In this document: piece after piece, positions 38,900-48,370 of the stretch
Position numbering within the stretch: position 1 is the stretch's first letter
Layout of the letters: each line of letters begins with the position of its first letter
Source of the DNA: Candidatus Saliniplasma halalkaliphilum
GTDB taxonomy: Archaea > Thermoplasmatota > Thermoplasmata > Halarchaeoplasmatales > Halarchaeoplasmataceae
NCBI GenBank assembly: GCA_019594235.1
Contig: JAFDTG010000001.1
Coordinates: forward strand, 5,722-69,721
DNA length: 64,000 bases
Reading direction: 5' to 3'
The notes under the pieces: generated by a model
Told to the model about the DNA's origin: nothing
The model's database searches: none
The model's input: only the letters and a program-made list of their open reading frames with translations
Made by a program: the position numbers and the translations under genes

Positions 38900-39979
38900 G
38901 TGAATCTGATTAAAATTCGGGAAGGAAAAACCGATCTTCTAGTTCCCGAACATGAAAAAAAACTCGGTCCAAAAAGTTCTCGTACCAAAGTTTTTTACAA
39001 CCCCTCTATGGAAATTAATAGAGATATATGCATATCCTTTTTAAAGGCACTTTGTGAGGGTAATGAAAGGATCATAGACGGTATGGCTGCATCTGGAGCT
39101 AGAGGTGTCAGGATAGCTAATGAAATAAATTGTGGTGCCGTTGTTGTCAATGACGTCGATAGCGATGCCTTTGATTTGATTGAGAAGAACATAAAACTAA
39201 GCGAACTAGAAAATGTGACTCCCAGTAAAGAAGCTATCGAAATACATTTACTAGAAAATCGGTATAAATACGATTATATCGATATCGATCCTTTTGGAAC
39301 ACCTGTTCCTTTTTATTCACCCGCTGTCAAAACCATATCTAACAGGGGTGTTATAGCAGTAACGGCAACTGACACTGCACCTTTATGTGGAACATATCCA
39401 AAAGTTTGCCAGAGACGATATTCCTCTAATTCAATCAATAACTGGTGCTGTCACGAAATCGGTCTCCGTATATTGATCGGTTTCTGTGTGAGAGAGGCGG
39501 CTAGATACGATAAAGGTGCTATACCTTTGCTATCGTATTACAATGGTCACCATTTTAGGACCTATCTGCAGATTATAGAAGGTGCAAAAAGGGGAAATCA
39601 AGCAATCGAAAAATTAGAAACATACTATTTTGACGAACTAGGATGGTACGAGGAGAGAGGAAAAAATAAAAACAGATTAAATGAAGCTGGTCCTCTCTGG
39701 TCTGGAAAGCTATTCTCTAAAAAAATCTTGAAAGAAATAGAACCTGTAGGCAAACTTGACGATGAAACGATCTCACTTTGGAAAAGTGAATGTAATATGC
39801 CTCCATTTTTTTATGATAGTAATGCTCTTGGTAGTTACTTTAAGATCGCTCCACCATCCATGGATGAATTAAAAGAAAGAGTACACGACAATGGATTTGA
39901 AGTTTCTAGAACTCATTTCAGGCCAACTGGATTTAAAACCGATGCAGGTGTAAATGATATAAAACACATCTTTGGATGA
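38900..39979 (+). CDS. trm1: tRNA (guanine26-N2)-dimethyltransferase
   Basis: VFYNP, ASGARG, DIDPFGTP, TATDTA, HEIGLRIL. Confidence 0.94.
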   Translation: MNLIKIREGKTDLLVPEHEKKLGPKSSRTKVFYNPSMEINRDICISFLKALCEGNERIIDGMAASGARGVRIANEINCGAVVVNDVDSDAFDLIEKNIKLSELENVTPSKEAIEIHLLENRYKYDYIDIDPFGTPVPFYSPAVKTISNRGVIAVTATDTAPLCGTYPKVCQRRYSSNSINNWCCHEIGLRILIGFCVREAARYDKGAIPLLSYYNGHHFRTYLQIIEGAKRGNQAIEKLETYYFDELGWYEERGKNKNRLNEAGPLWSGKLFSKKILKEIEPVGKLDDETISLWKSECNMPPFFYDSNALGSYFKIAPPSMDELKERVHDNGFEVSRTHFRPTGFKTDAGVNDIKHIFG

Positions 39980-39983
39980 CTTA

Positions 39984-41804
39984 TCATTCTGAAAAAATAA
40001 CTCTCGCATCAAATTCAACTACTGGACATTTACCCAAACAGGTTCTACAGGTATTACATTTTTCAGAATCGATGTAAATCCCATTATTAAATTTTAGAGC
40101 ATCGTTGGGACACCTAGCAACGCAGATACCACATTCAGCACAATGCCTAGCTTTTATATGTATTTCATAGATATCTCCGTGATCTAAACCATGTTTTTCG
40201 AGTGTTTCCTTGAATTTATTTATATTTGATTTGTCAAATGTTTCTATTATGTCTTTGGATAATATTATATTTAGTAAATTTCTAGTTCTTTGATCTTCCA
40301 TCATTTCAGGTATGGAAGGTTTTACTTCTTTTGAGGATATTTCGGTTGAAAAATTTTCATCAATCCTATCTAAAAGTATCTCTATTTCTTTAGGTACATC
40401 ATTCCATCGCCAGAGTCCTAGTTCTTTCCAGATCTCAGGGAGTTTAGCCTTTTTTCTATAATTTTCTAAAACATCTTCAAATTTGTCATAACCTTCAAAC
40501 CTTTCTTTCAGCGTTTCAAGCTCTTCAATGTCAGATGCTGGACAAACCCAACATCCAATTCTTTCGAACCCCTTTTCATATAAAGGGTTATAATCTGCAT
40601 CTTTCAAAAACAAGTACATCCATACATGCAAAGCTGTCCAATCCTGTATAGGTGAAGCCGATCTTTGGCCAGGAACCCATGGATTGTTCCAGGTACTTCC
40701 TTTATCTTTTCTTTGCTCCGATTCATACCTACGTTGACCGATGAAAGATAATACACCATCGGAATATTCTTCATCTATCAAAAGAGCTGTTGGACCTAAT
40801 TTACAAGTTTTGCAGCACCAACGATAATCTCTAGCTGATGGACCAAAATAATCAACATTATCCCAATAACCGCTTCTAGCTCTTTTGGAGAATAAGTTTA
40901 GATCATATTTTTCAGCTATATTTTGGACGTTTTCCACAGTTTCTGGTAATTCTATACCAGTGTTTATGAACATAAGATCTGGTTTTATACCTGTATCCAT
41001 CACGAGATGTAATGTAGCTAAGGAATCTTTTCCACCACTGTAAGCTACAGCTGTCGGTAATTCAGTTTTATCGACTTTATCCTTGACGAAATCAACAGCT
41101 TTCATTACCCTTTTATCGATCAAAGGTTTATTCGCCTCGAGAACAGTGTCCCAATCAATTGATGTATCATTCAAAGTAAAATCTGAAACCCTCCAGCGAT
41201 TTTTAACCGATTTTCCATAATCAGATTCTAACATTTTCGAGGCATCCATCTGAGCAGAACCGGCTGCGATTATATTTCCATGTTTATCTAGTATCAATAC
41301 CTCGTCGTCTGTTTCTATATTTTCATCGGCTTCGATTATCCCTGGTGCTAATATACTAGCCCCATTCAATATTGGTTTTACCGCTCCATCATCGACTATA
41401 ACAAATCCCTTCTTAGGTTGTGGCATATTTTTCCACGGTCTTATCAAAAATTCATAGGGTTCTTTACCTTCAGCTCTTTTGAATATGTTGTACCTTAAAT
41501 TCCCCACCACATGTCCATCTATGATCACTTCATCCATCCTATCTATGTGAGGCGAATTGTTCAGAAGGATAACTTCTCTGTTCCCGAACAGTTCTTTGTA
41601 ATAGGATTCACCCCATTGGTGATCAATAGTTTTCTCCAAGCGTTCCTTATCTAATGAGAAGGCAGGTCTTACGTCACCGGGTGGTGTTATCTTCACTTGT
41701 TCACCCTCAGATGAACAGATACCACACTGGCCTTCTTCGACTAATGGGATATTGCATTCCTTACACCAGTGTAAATGTAACTTACCTAATCTTATAATGG
41801 ACAT
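39984..41804 (-). CDS. PAPS-reductase-like PP-loop protein with Zn finger, PUA and 4Fe-4S domains
   Basis: WCKEC..CGIC, PUA (VDDGA..APGI), SGGKDS, RWCC..CK, RIGCWVCP, two CxxCxxCxxxCP. Confidence 0.9.
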   Translation of the reverse strand: MSIIRLGKLHLHWCKECNIPLVEEGQCGICSSEGEQVKITPPGDVRPAFSLDKERLEKTIDHQWGESYYKELFGNREVILLNNSPHIDRMDEVIIDGHVVGNLRYNIFKRAEGKEPYEFLIRPWKNMPQPKKGFVIVDDGAVKPILNGASILAPGIIEADENIETDDEVLILDKHGNIIAAGSAQMDASKMLESDYGKSVKNRWRVSDFTLNDTSIDWDTVLEANKPLIDKRVMKAVDFVKDKVDKTELPTAVAYSGGKDSLATLHLVMDTGIKPDLMFINTGIELPETVENVQNIAEKYDLNLFSKRARSGYWDNVDYFGPSARDYRWCCKTCKLGPTALLIDEEYSDGVLSFIGQRRYESEQRKDKGSTWNNPWVPGQRSASPIQDWTALHVWMYLFLKDADYNPLYEKGFERIGCWVCPASDIEELETLKERFEGYDKFEDVLENYRKKAKLPEIWKELGLWRWNDVPKEIEILLDRIDENFSTEISSKEVKPSIPEMMEDQRTRNLLNIILSKDIIETFDKSNINKFKETLEKHGLDHGDIYEIHIKARHCAECGICVARCPNDALKFNNGIYIDSEKCNTCRTCLGKCPVVEFDARVIFSE

Positions 41805-41860
41805 GAATTGATATCTAACATTATACAATAAAAGATTTAGGGTGGTTTGTTATTATTTTA

Positions 41861-42379
41861 TCAATCAACTGGAATCACAGTCTTTTCCGGCAGTTCTTTT
41901 TTCACTTTTTTAGCGGTAGAGCCTTCTATAATACTGGAAATAGGACCTTTTTTACTACTGTGGATGATAACATAATCAACACCGATTTGATTAAAATCTT
42001 GGATGATCTCATCGGATATCTCTTCTGTCTTTCTTAATCTAACTTCTGCTGGAATGCCCATAGCTTCAACCATTTTTATCAAATTCTCTGCATGCTCGTC
42101 AGCTTGGTTCTTTTTTCCTTCTCGAACCGTTTCCAAAAAATCTTTTTTTTCTTCCATCCCTAAATTGGCGTCCACCAGTTCCGAGGTAGAATCTTCTTCT
42201 ATGATCTTAGATATGATTATCCTATCTGGTTGGATTTTTAAAATATATTTTCTAATCTTACCTAGGGTATTTCTATCGTACTCTTCCCTATAACTTGCGA
42301 TTAACAATATTTTTTCATCGCTATACTGGCCTTTAGGCATTAAGTTCCTCCATTGCCAGAGTCTACTTATATCAGCCAT
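41861..42379 (-). CDS. universal stress protein-like domain protein
   Basis: C-terminal VDYVII...IIEGSTAKKV. Confidence 0.65.
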   Translation of the reverse strand: MADISRLWQWRNLMPKGQYSDEKILLIASYREEYDRNTLGKIRKYILKIQPDRIIISKIIEEDSTSELVDANLGMEEKKDFLETVREGKKNQADEHAENLIKMVEAMGIPAEVRLRKTEEISDEIIQDFNQIGVDYVIIHSSKKGPISSIIEGSTAKKVKKELPEKTVIPVD

Positions 42380-42490
42380 ATATCAAATTAACGAATTATA
42401 TATACTTTTTGTCTGTAATCCAGGGAATATAAAATCTTTTTAAATTACGAGTCCGGTGGATTGAAATAATAGTGTAGATGTATTTTATAT

Positions 42491-42702
42491 GTCCTGCATA
42501 GAAGGTCACGGGGAGTTTCCCAGGACTATGAACCGTGATGCAAGTGCGGGACATGGTTCTGATGGGTCCCCTTGTGAGGTCAGGACGTGACGTCCTTCTA
42601 TGAACAAGGACCAACCCCAGAACCGGACAAACCCCTGGCTAGAGTCAGGAGGGGGAGATGGACGTCCCCTACGATGAACCTTACTGTTACAGCCAGGGGA
42701 CA
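42491..42702 (+). ncRNA. three-hairpin box H/ACA pseudouridylation guide RNA
   Basis: GC-rich island; three hairpins each followed by ACA (42551, 42627, 42700), with internal pockets and GA/AUGA K-turn-like elements. Confidence 0.82.
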
Positions 42703-42716
42703 ACTTTACAATCGAG

Positions 42717-42881
42717 ATGATACATATCAGTAAAAAAATAAAAAGGTGCCCTAAATGCGGAAGCACAGATATCGTATCAGAAGCTGGTATGATGACTGGT
42801 TACAAATATCATTGTCGAAAATGCGATTACGTAGGAGCTCTGATTCTGGAAGAATATCTAGAAAAAGAAACTGATAAATAA
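42717..42881 (+). CDS. small CPxCG Zn-ribbon protein (54 aa), not in ORF track
   Basis: RCPKCGS...YHCRKCDYVG. Confidence 0.8.
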   Translation: MIHISKKIKRCPKCGSTDIVSEAGMMTGYKYHCRKCDYVGALILEEYLEKETDK

Positions 42882-42898
42882 TATCTAGTAACCATCTC

Positions 42899-44137
42899 TT
42901 ATGCGAACATGACCTGTTTTTTAATTTTTCTTTCTGGAGAGTCGCTAAGGACCTTATCTATAGCCTTTAGAAAATCATCATAATTAGTTCGATCTCTATC
43001 GTCTCGAATTGAGAACATCCCAGCTTCAGTACATATCGCTTTGATATCAGCACCACTGGCGTTCTCTGTTTTCTTAGCTAGGTCATCTAGATTTATATCT
43101 CCATCCATAGACATTTTAGTCATATGTATTTCAAATATTTTCCGTCTAGCGTCTTTATTAGGTAATGGTATCTTGATAATTCTATCGAATCTACCCGGCC
43201 TAAGAAGAGCTTTATCTAAAAGTTCTGGCCTATTAGTTGCGCCCATGACTTTGATATCACCGATAGAATCGAATCCATCAAGTTCTGAGAGTAACTGCAT
43301 CATCGTTCTTTGAACCTCTCTATCACCAGAGGTTGCACCTTCTAATCTTTTCGTAGCAACTGAATCCAACTCATCAATAAAGATTATAGTAGGTGCTTTA
43401 TCCCGAGCCATATCAAATAGCTCTCTGACCATTCTAGCACCTTCACCGATATACTTTTGAACTAATTCAGATCCAACGAACTTTATAAAAGTTGCATTCG
43501 TACGATTAGCTGCTGCTTTAGCGATCATGGTCTTACCCGTACCGGGCGGACCAACAAGAAGGACGCCCTTAGGTGGTTCGATACCGACTTTTTTAAATTT
43601 CTCTGGGTAAAGCAGTGGTTCTTCTATTGTTTCTTTCACTTCAAGGATTTGGTCGTCCAATCCACCTATGTCATTATATGTAATCTCTGGTTTGGACACT
43701 ATTTCAGCACCCATCACATTAGGATCAGCAGAGGGTGGTAATGTTTTTACAATAGATAGAGTTTGTTTATTAAGGGCAACTCGAGTGTCCGACCTGATTA
43801 GGTCTTTAGGCAAATAATCTGCAACATTTACGATGAAATCTGGTCCTGTAGAGCTTTCGATTACTGCCTGTCCATTAGGTAAAGATTCCTTGATGGTTCC
43901 TACTATAAGTGGTGGTTTCTTCAAACGGGCTATCTCTTTTTTTATCTCTCTTGTTTCTCTTTTAAGCCGTTCTAACTCAGTCCTCACATAGTCATTATTG
44001 AAACCTTGTGTATTAGTTTCTTCTAGAAGCTGCTCGTGTTTCTTTTGAATTTCATCGATTTTCTGCGTCAGCTTTCTAGAACTATCCCTTATGTCTTCTT
44101 CTTCCAAATGACCACCAAATTTCTTGTATTTTTTCAT
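42899..44137 (-). CDS. pan: proteasome-activating nucleotidase
   Basis: Coiled coil + OB domain, GPPGTGKT, FIDELD, RPGRFDR, C-terminal MFA. Confidence 0.96.
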   Translation of the reverse strand: MKKYKKFGGHLEEEDIRDSSRKLTQKIDEIQKKHEQLLEETNTQGFNNDYVRTELERLKRETREIKKEIARLKKPPLIVGTIKESLPNGQAVIESSTGPDFIVNVADYLPKDLIRSDTRVALNKQTLSIVKTLPPSADPNVMGAEIVSKPEITYNDIGGLDDQILEVKETIEEPLLYPEKFKKVGIEPPKGVLLVGPPGTGKTMIAKAAANRTNATFIKFVGSELVQKYIGEGARMVRELFDMARDKAPTIIFIDELDSVATKRLEGATSGDREVQRTMMQLLSELDGFDSIGDIKVMGATNRPELLDKALLRPGRFDRIIKIPLPNKDARRKIFEIHMTKMSMDGDINLDDLAKKTENASGADIKAICTEAGMFSIRDDRDRTNYDDFLKAIDKVLSDSPERKIKKQVMFA

Positions 44138-44189
44138 GAAATTAGTTTGTTATAAAGGTTGTGGTTATATTCCAGAACCGTCGCCAAAT

Positions 44190-45296
44190 CTAAATTTGAA
44201 CTAATTTGTTCAATCTTTTTAGTGCATATTTTTTATCTTTCTCCCCTACTTTAGCCTGTTCCAAAACAGTTCTAAGTTTACTAATAGTCGAGTTGTATAT
44301 ATCTTCATCAACAGGGAAAGGTGTTCCATCTTTACCACCGTGTGCAAAACTGTATTTGACAGGGTCTTTCCAACTCGGTTTTGAACCATATACTAGATCG
44401 GATACCAATGCTAGTGCTCGGATCTTTTTGGGACCCATGCCCTTCAAAGATATTAATTCTTCATAATCCTTCGGTTGGATCTCGTAAGCCCTCTTGAGAG
44501 TTTCCCACCCCCTTTTTGATATGTCTATATCTAATACCTGATGACGCATAGGCATTTCGTAATTTTCAATGAATGAGTCAAGCGAGGTTTGATTTTTTCT
44601 TCTTAAGTATTTTTTCAAATGTTCTGGATTATCATTGATAAGATCGACACTTATACCTCTGGATTCCTCGCTTCTTTTATCTGTCATGTTCAAAACATTG
44701 TTTCCCTTTTTATCACAACAGACACCTTTATGGGGTTCATCGATGAAACCATTTAACTCATCTGAGATCCAGTGATATCTTCTAGCATAAGAATTCTTAT
44801 CGTTCATGCCCTGCTGAATTACACCCCAATCTCCTTTTTCAGTAACTATAAAAGAATGATGATATAGCTGATATTGATCCTGTATGCAACCGTTGTCCAC
44901 TTTTGCAGCTAGTTTAGAGGCGTATGACATCTCTTCACACCTTTTGGATTTGATCTGAAAGTAATTTTCTAGGTTTCTAATTTCTTTAGGGGTATTTCTA
45001 CTAGCACGTCCTTTACCCCCGAGTATTGCTATTCCGTGTTCCTCTGGATCGAGTGCTAATTTAAGAGCACCACATGTAGTCGTGGTTGTTCCACTTGAGT
45101 GCCAATCAAAACCAATAGTACACGAAAGAGCCTGGAACCAGTATGGGTCAGTAATGCGTTTTAGAAATTCCGCTTGATCGTACTCTTCTATCAAAACCTC
45201 AGTAATGCATCTACTGAGTTCAACCATCTTATCGAATAACCATCGAGGTACCCTTCCATTATGTAGAGGAAGGTTTACAGTACCCTTATTCCTCAT
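44190..45296 (-). CDS. DUF763 family protein
   Basis: LPLH.G.VP.WL, GFDWHSSGTTT, QQGM, YSFAHGGKDG. Confidence 0.9.
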   Translation of the reverse strand: MRNKGTVNLPLHNGRVPRWLFDKMVELSRCITEVLIEEYDQAEFLKRITDPYWFQALSCTIGFDWHSSGTTTTTCGALKLALDPEEHGIAILGGKGRASRNTPKEIRNLENYFQIKSKRCEEMSYASKLAAKVDNGCIQDQYQLYHHSFIVTEKGDWGVIQQGMNDKNSYARRYHWISDELNGFIDEPHKGVCCDKKGNNVLNMTDKRSEESRGISVDLINDNPEHLKKYLRRKNQTSLDSFIENYEMPMRHQVLDIDISKRGWETLKRAYEIQPKDYEELISLKGMGPKKIRALALVSDLVYGSKPSWKDPVKYSFAHGGKDGTPFPVDEDIYNSTISKLRTVLEQAKVGEKDKKYALKRLNKLVQI

Positions 45297-45394
45297 AGTT
45301 GTAAATCTTTAAGAAAAGACTTAGTCTTTTTGGAAAGAGATGTAAAAACTGAAAGTGAAAAATGATTTATAAAGGCTTCCTAAATTGACAATAG

Positions 45395-46036
45395 ATGTGC
45401 AACGGGAATAAGCTGATGGATATATACAAACTACTAAAAAACAGATTTGGTGAACAGAATTGGTGGCCCGCTGAAAGTGAATTTGAAATGATGGTGGGTG
45501 CGATATTGACACAAAACGTCAGTTGGAATAACGTGGAGATAGCTATTGAAAATTTAAAAGACGATGAAATGTTAGATCCCTTAGCTATAAAAAATTCCAC
45601 TTTAAAAAAAATCCAAGAACTTATCAAACCCACTGGATTTTATAAACAAAAGTCTAAAAGATTAAAACGATTGGCACGTGCGGTGATTGAAAATGGAGGA
45701 TTAAATACTCTATTTAAAAAAGATAATCTCAGGGAGTTTCTTTTAAATGTAAAAGGGATAGGCCCTGAAACCGCTGATAGTATAATATTATATGCTGCAG
45801 AAAGACCTAAATTCGTTATTGATTCCTATACTAAACGGATTTTGAAGAGGGTGATGAATCACGAGGGGAACTATCAGGAATTACAACGGTTTTTTGAATC
45901 CAATCTTAATACGGATTCAAAACTGTACCAGGAATATCACGCCTTGATAGTAGAACTAGGGAAAACATACTGTAAGAAAAATCCTATTTGTGATTCATGT
46001 CCACTTATAGAAATATGTGAATTTGGTAAAAAGTAA
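45395..46036 (+). CDS. endonuclease III-related HhH-GPD glycosylase with Fe-S cluster
   Basis: WWP, AILTQN, KGIGPETADSI, CKKNPICDSCPLIEIC. Confidence 0.92.
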   Translation: MCNGNKLMDIYKLLKNRFGEQNWWPAESEFEMMVGAILTQNVSWNNVEIAIENLKDDEMLDPLAIKNSTLKKIQELIKPTGFYKQKSKRLKRLARAVIENGGLNTLFKKDNLREFLLNVKGIGPETADSIILYAAERPKFVIDSYTKRILKRVMNHEGNYQELQRFFESNLNTDSKLYQEYHALIVELGKTYCKKNPICDSCPLIEICEFGKK

Positions 46037-46038
46037 TT

Positions 46039-46560
46039 CTACTTTCTATTTAGGAATATTCGTTTCCATCTTTTTATATCTCTTTTTAAGCTGCTGTAAA
46101 AAGATGGAAAGTACACTACACTCAACAATATAGCAATGATCAATACGGCGATATAAAATACTTCTCTGTCAGCTCTATAAGCCTCGATCCCCCCTATTAT
46201 GAATCCGAGTTCATCAACTATCAAACCCAGTCCAAGTCCATATAAAATAGAACTGATCCTGACTATGCTTCGACTCCAATAATTTATAGACAACCATGCA
46301 GCTAAGGATATCAGAATGATACCATAAGTGATATGGTGAATATGGTAACCACCTAACACTACATTTCGACCTATTGTTGTAGGAGGTGGCGTGGTTTCGT
46401 GAGCCCCCAGATATATTACCCACAATCTAGCACCGACAAATGATATCAAAAAAGATATGCACATCAAGAAGGGGACCGAACTCCTATTTTTATGGATTTC
46501 ATTTTTAAGTAATCGGGGAACTAAAGTCAATCTCTTCAAGACCTTTTCTTTTGCAGACAT
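46039..46560 (-). CDS. hypothetical membrane protein
   Basis: Four TM helices, GYHIHH and GLIVDE motifs. Confidence 0.75.
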   Translation of the reverse strand: MSAKEKVLKRLTLVPRLLKNEIHKNRSSVPFLMCISFLISFVGARLWVIYLGAHETTPPPTTIGRNVVLGGYHIHHITYGIILISLAAWLSINYWSRSIVRISSILYGLGLGLIVDELGFIIGGIEAYRADREVFYIAVLIIAILLSVVYFPSFYSSLKRDIKRWKRIFLNRK

Positions 46561-46619
46561 GGTTATCTATTTACCTATGTTATTCTTTTTCGTTTAAAAT
46601 AAATATTTCGATGATTTTC

Positions 46620-48278
46620 TCAAACGATATAAACTTCACATTCCTCCGTTTTATATATTGAATAATTTGTTCGATAATATTCTAAAGCATGAGGATTGAA
46701 TCTATGAGGTGTGACTCCTGGGGAGGTGGATACACCTTTCAACATATCTTGGTCCCATAATATGTAACTAATATTTAGTGTAGTCAATTCTTCACGTATA
46801 TCCGAAGGGTCTGACGAGAAATACAGATGATAACCTTGAGTCCAAGTTAAGTTATTATTACCCACTCCAAAAAGAACTGCGCTCATCCTGTGATCTGTGG
46901 CTATTTTCTCTTCAATACCACGGGTCCAAATACCCGCTTCTACGTCTTTCCAATCACTGCCTTCCTGATATCCGCTAATACTCTCTTGTTCAGGATACGT
47001 GAAAGGGATCGACCATATAAGAAGAAACGCGATTAAAAGTACCAATATCGTACTTTTACTTTTTCCCTTAAAAGGATTATAGAGATTGAATATCTGGATT
47101 ATACCCAATCCCAATAGGATGGACAAAGGAAGTAGTAAAAACGAAAGCTGTCTCATAGGAAGTAGTGATGAATCTTCTGTTACCACTCCTAATATCATCG
47201 AAAGAGTGGCAAACAAAAACCATCCTACTACGTGTATTCCATCTCTAAATATTTTAATTATTTTCCTAGCTTCAACCGCTAGAATTCCTAAAAGTAATAG
47301 AGGAAAATAAAAAAATACCTGATAACCGAGTTTAAAATTCCTACCAGGTACTCTATAAAATCCAGCGAACAACAATAATGTTGTACAAATTATAAGAGAA
47401 GGTATTGCAAACTTTAAAAAAGTCTTTATATTTTGTTTATGAATATTGATAGGTAATACATAATCTGATTTTCTCCTAAATTTTATTAATACGTATGCTA
47501 CAAAAAGCAGTAGGTATGGGGCTATGATTATCGAATATGAGGGAGTGTCTAAAGCCTGATATATCCTATTTTGACGGAATGGATCCGCATATAACATCCA
47601 GTATAAAATGGCAGTAGTGGTTAGTAAGATATAAGTATAAAATTTATAGGTGTTGGTAACATCCGACCTTCTCTTCACAAATTCCGAGAAAAAGACACCC
47701 CCTAGAATGAATAAGATCGAAAAGTAAGTGGTGAGATGATGTGTTACTACTAAAGCTGCTGCTGTAGGTATTATCAAAAAATAAACCTTTTTACTTTTCT
47801 TAGAAAGGATTATAAAAAACACCAGTAGCACTGCCATGAGAAAGAATCCTACTGTCTCTGGTTTGGGTTGCGAATAATTATAAACAAAAGGAGCTAAGAC
47901 ACCGAGAAACATAGATGATACAAGTGACGGTCTCCATGATTTAGTTATCTTATAAGATAATAAGAAAACAAGTAGTGGAACGAAAGATGATATTATCACG
48001 GGTATGAAGGTAGTACTGTCAAGTAATGAAGTATTCGAGGTTAAATAAAAAGAACCACTCAAAACAAACATACCTGGAAAATAGGGATAAGCTTGCCCCC
48101 AACCATCTATACTAAGATAGGACGAGCCAGTGTTAACCCATTTTTGAGTATAATAAAAGTATTCTCCGAAATCCATACCCCACATAGAATACCTAAAGAG
48201 AGGTATCGTTCTCATTAATAGAGAGAACAATGTTATCGATAAGAGTGATAACAGGATTACCTTGTATCTATTTTTCAT
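46620..48278 (-). CDS. large polytopic membrane protein, possible GT-C-fold glycosyltransferase
   Basis: About 13 TM helices, early GMDFGE loop, THHLT, C-terminal soluble domain. Confidence 0.6.
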   Translation of the reverse strand: MKNRYKVILLSLLSITLFSLLMRTIPLFRYSMWGMDFGEYFYYTQKWVNTGSSYLSIDGWGQAYPYFPGMFVLSGSFYLTSNTSLLDSTTFIPVIISSFVPLLVFLLSYKITKSWRPSLVSSMFLGVLAPFVYNYSQPKPETVGFFLMAVLLVFFIILSKKSKKVYFLIIPTAAALVVTHHLTTYFSILFILGGVFFSEFVKRRSDVTNTYKFYTYILLTTTAILYWMLYADPFRQNRIYQALDTPSYSIIIAPYLLLFVAYVLIKFRRKSDYVLPINIHKQNIKTFLKFAIPSLIICTTLLLFAGFYRVPGRNFKLGYQVFFYFPLLLLGILAVEARKIIKIFRDGIHVVGWFLFATLSMILGVVTEDSSLLPMRQLSFLLLPLSILLGLGIIQIFNLYNPFKGKSKSTILVLLIAFLLIWSIPFTYPEQESISGYQEGSDWKDVEAGIWTRGIEEKIATDHRMSAVLFGVGNNNLTWTQGYHLYFSSDPSDIREELTTLNISYILWDQDMLKGVSTSPGVTPHRFNPHALEYYRTNYSIYKTEECEVYIV

Positions 48279-48370
48279 CGCTTAAGAGATATAATTACAA
48301 TACTTTATTATTTTTCCTAGTCAACTTCTTGAAACAAAAATATATTAAATATCATTGTGTTAGAAAAATC

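Noticed and set aside
39984..41804. DndC/SspD phosphorothioation system together with IscS
   Set aside because: No other dnd/ssp/pbe genes, 38 kb from iscS, and it has the PUA-containing housekeeping architecture
42559..42591. Hammerhead-like string CTGATGGGTCC...GGACGTGAC
   Set aside because: The core CUGAUGA and GAAA are both broken; the H/ACA hairpin model explains the region better
42491..42702. SRP RNA, RNase P RNA or cobalamin riboswitch
   Set aside because: No SRP helix-8 motif, no GAGGAAAGUCC and no complete B12 box
42396..42766. Minus-strand ORFs of 72 and 86 aa
   Set aside because: Antisense to the GC-rich ncRNA, with atypical composition
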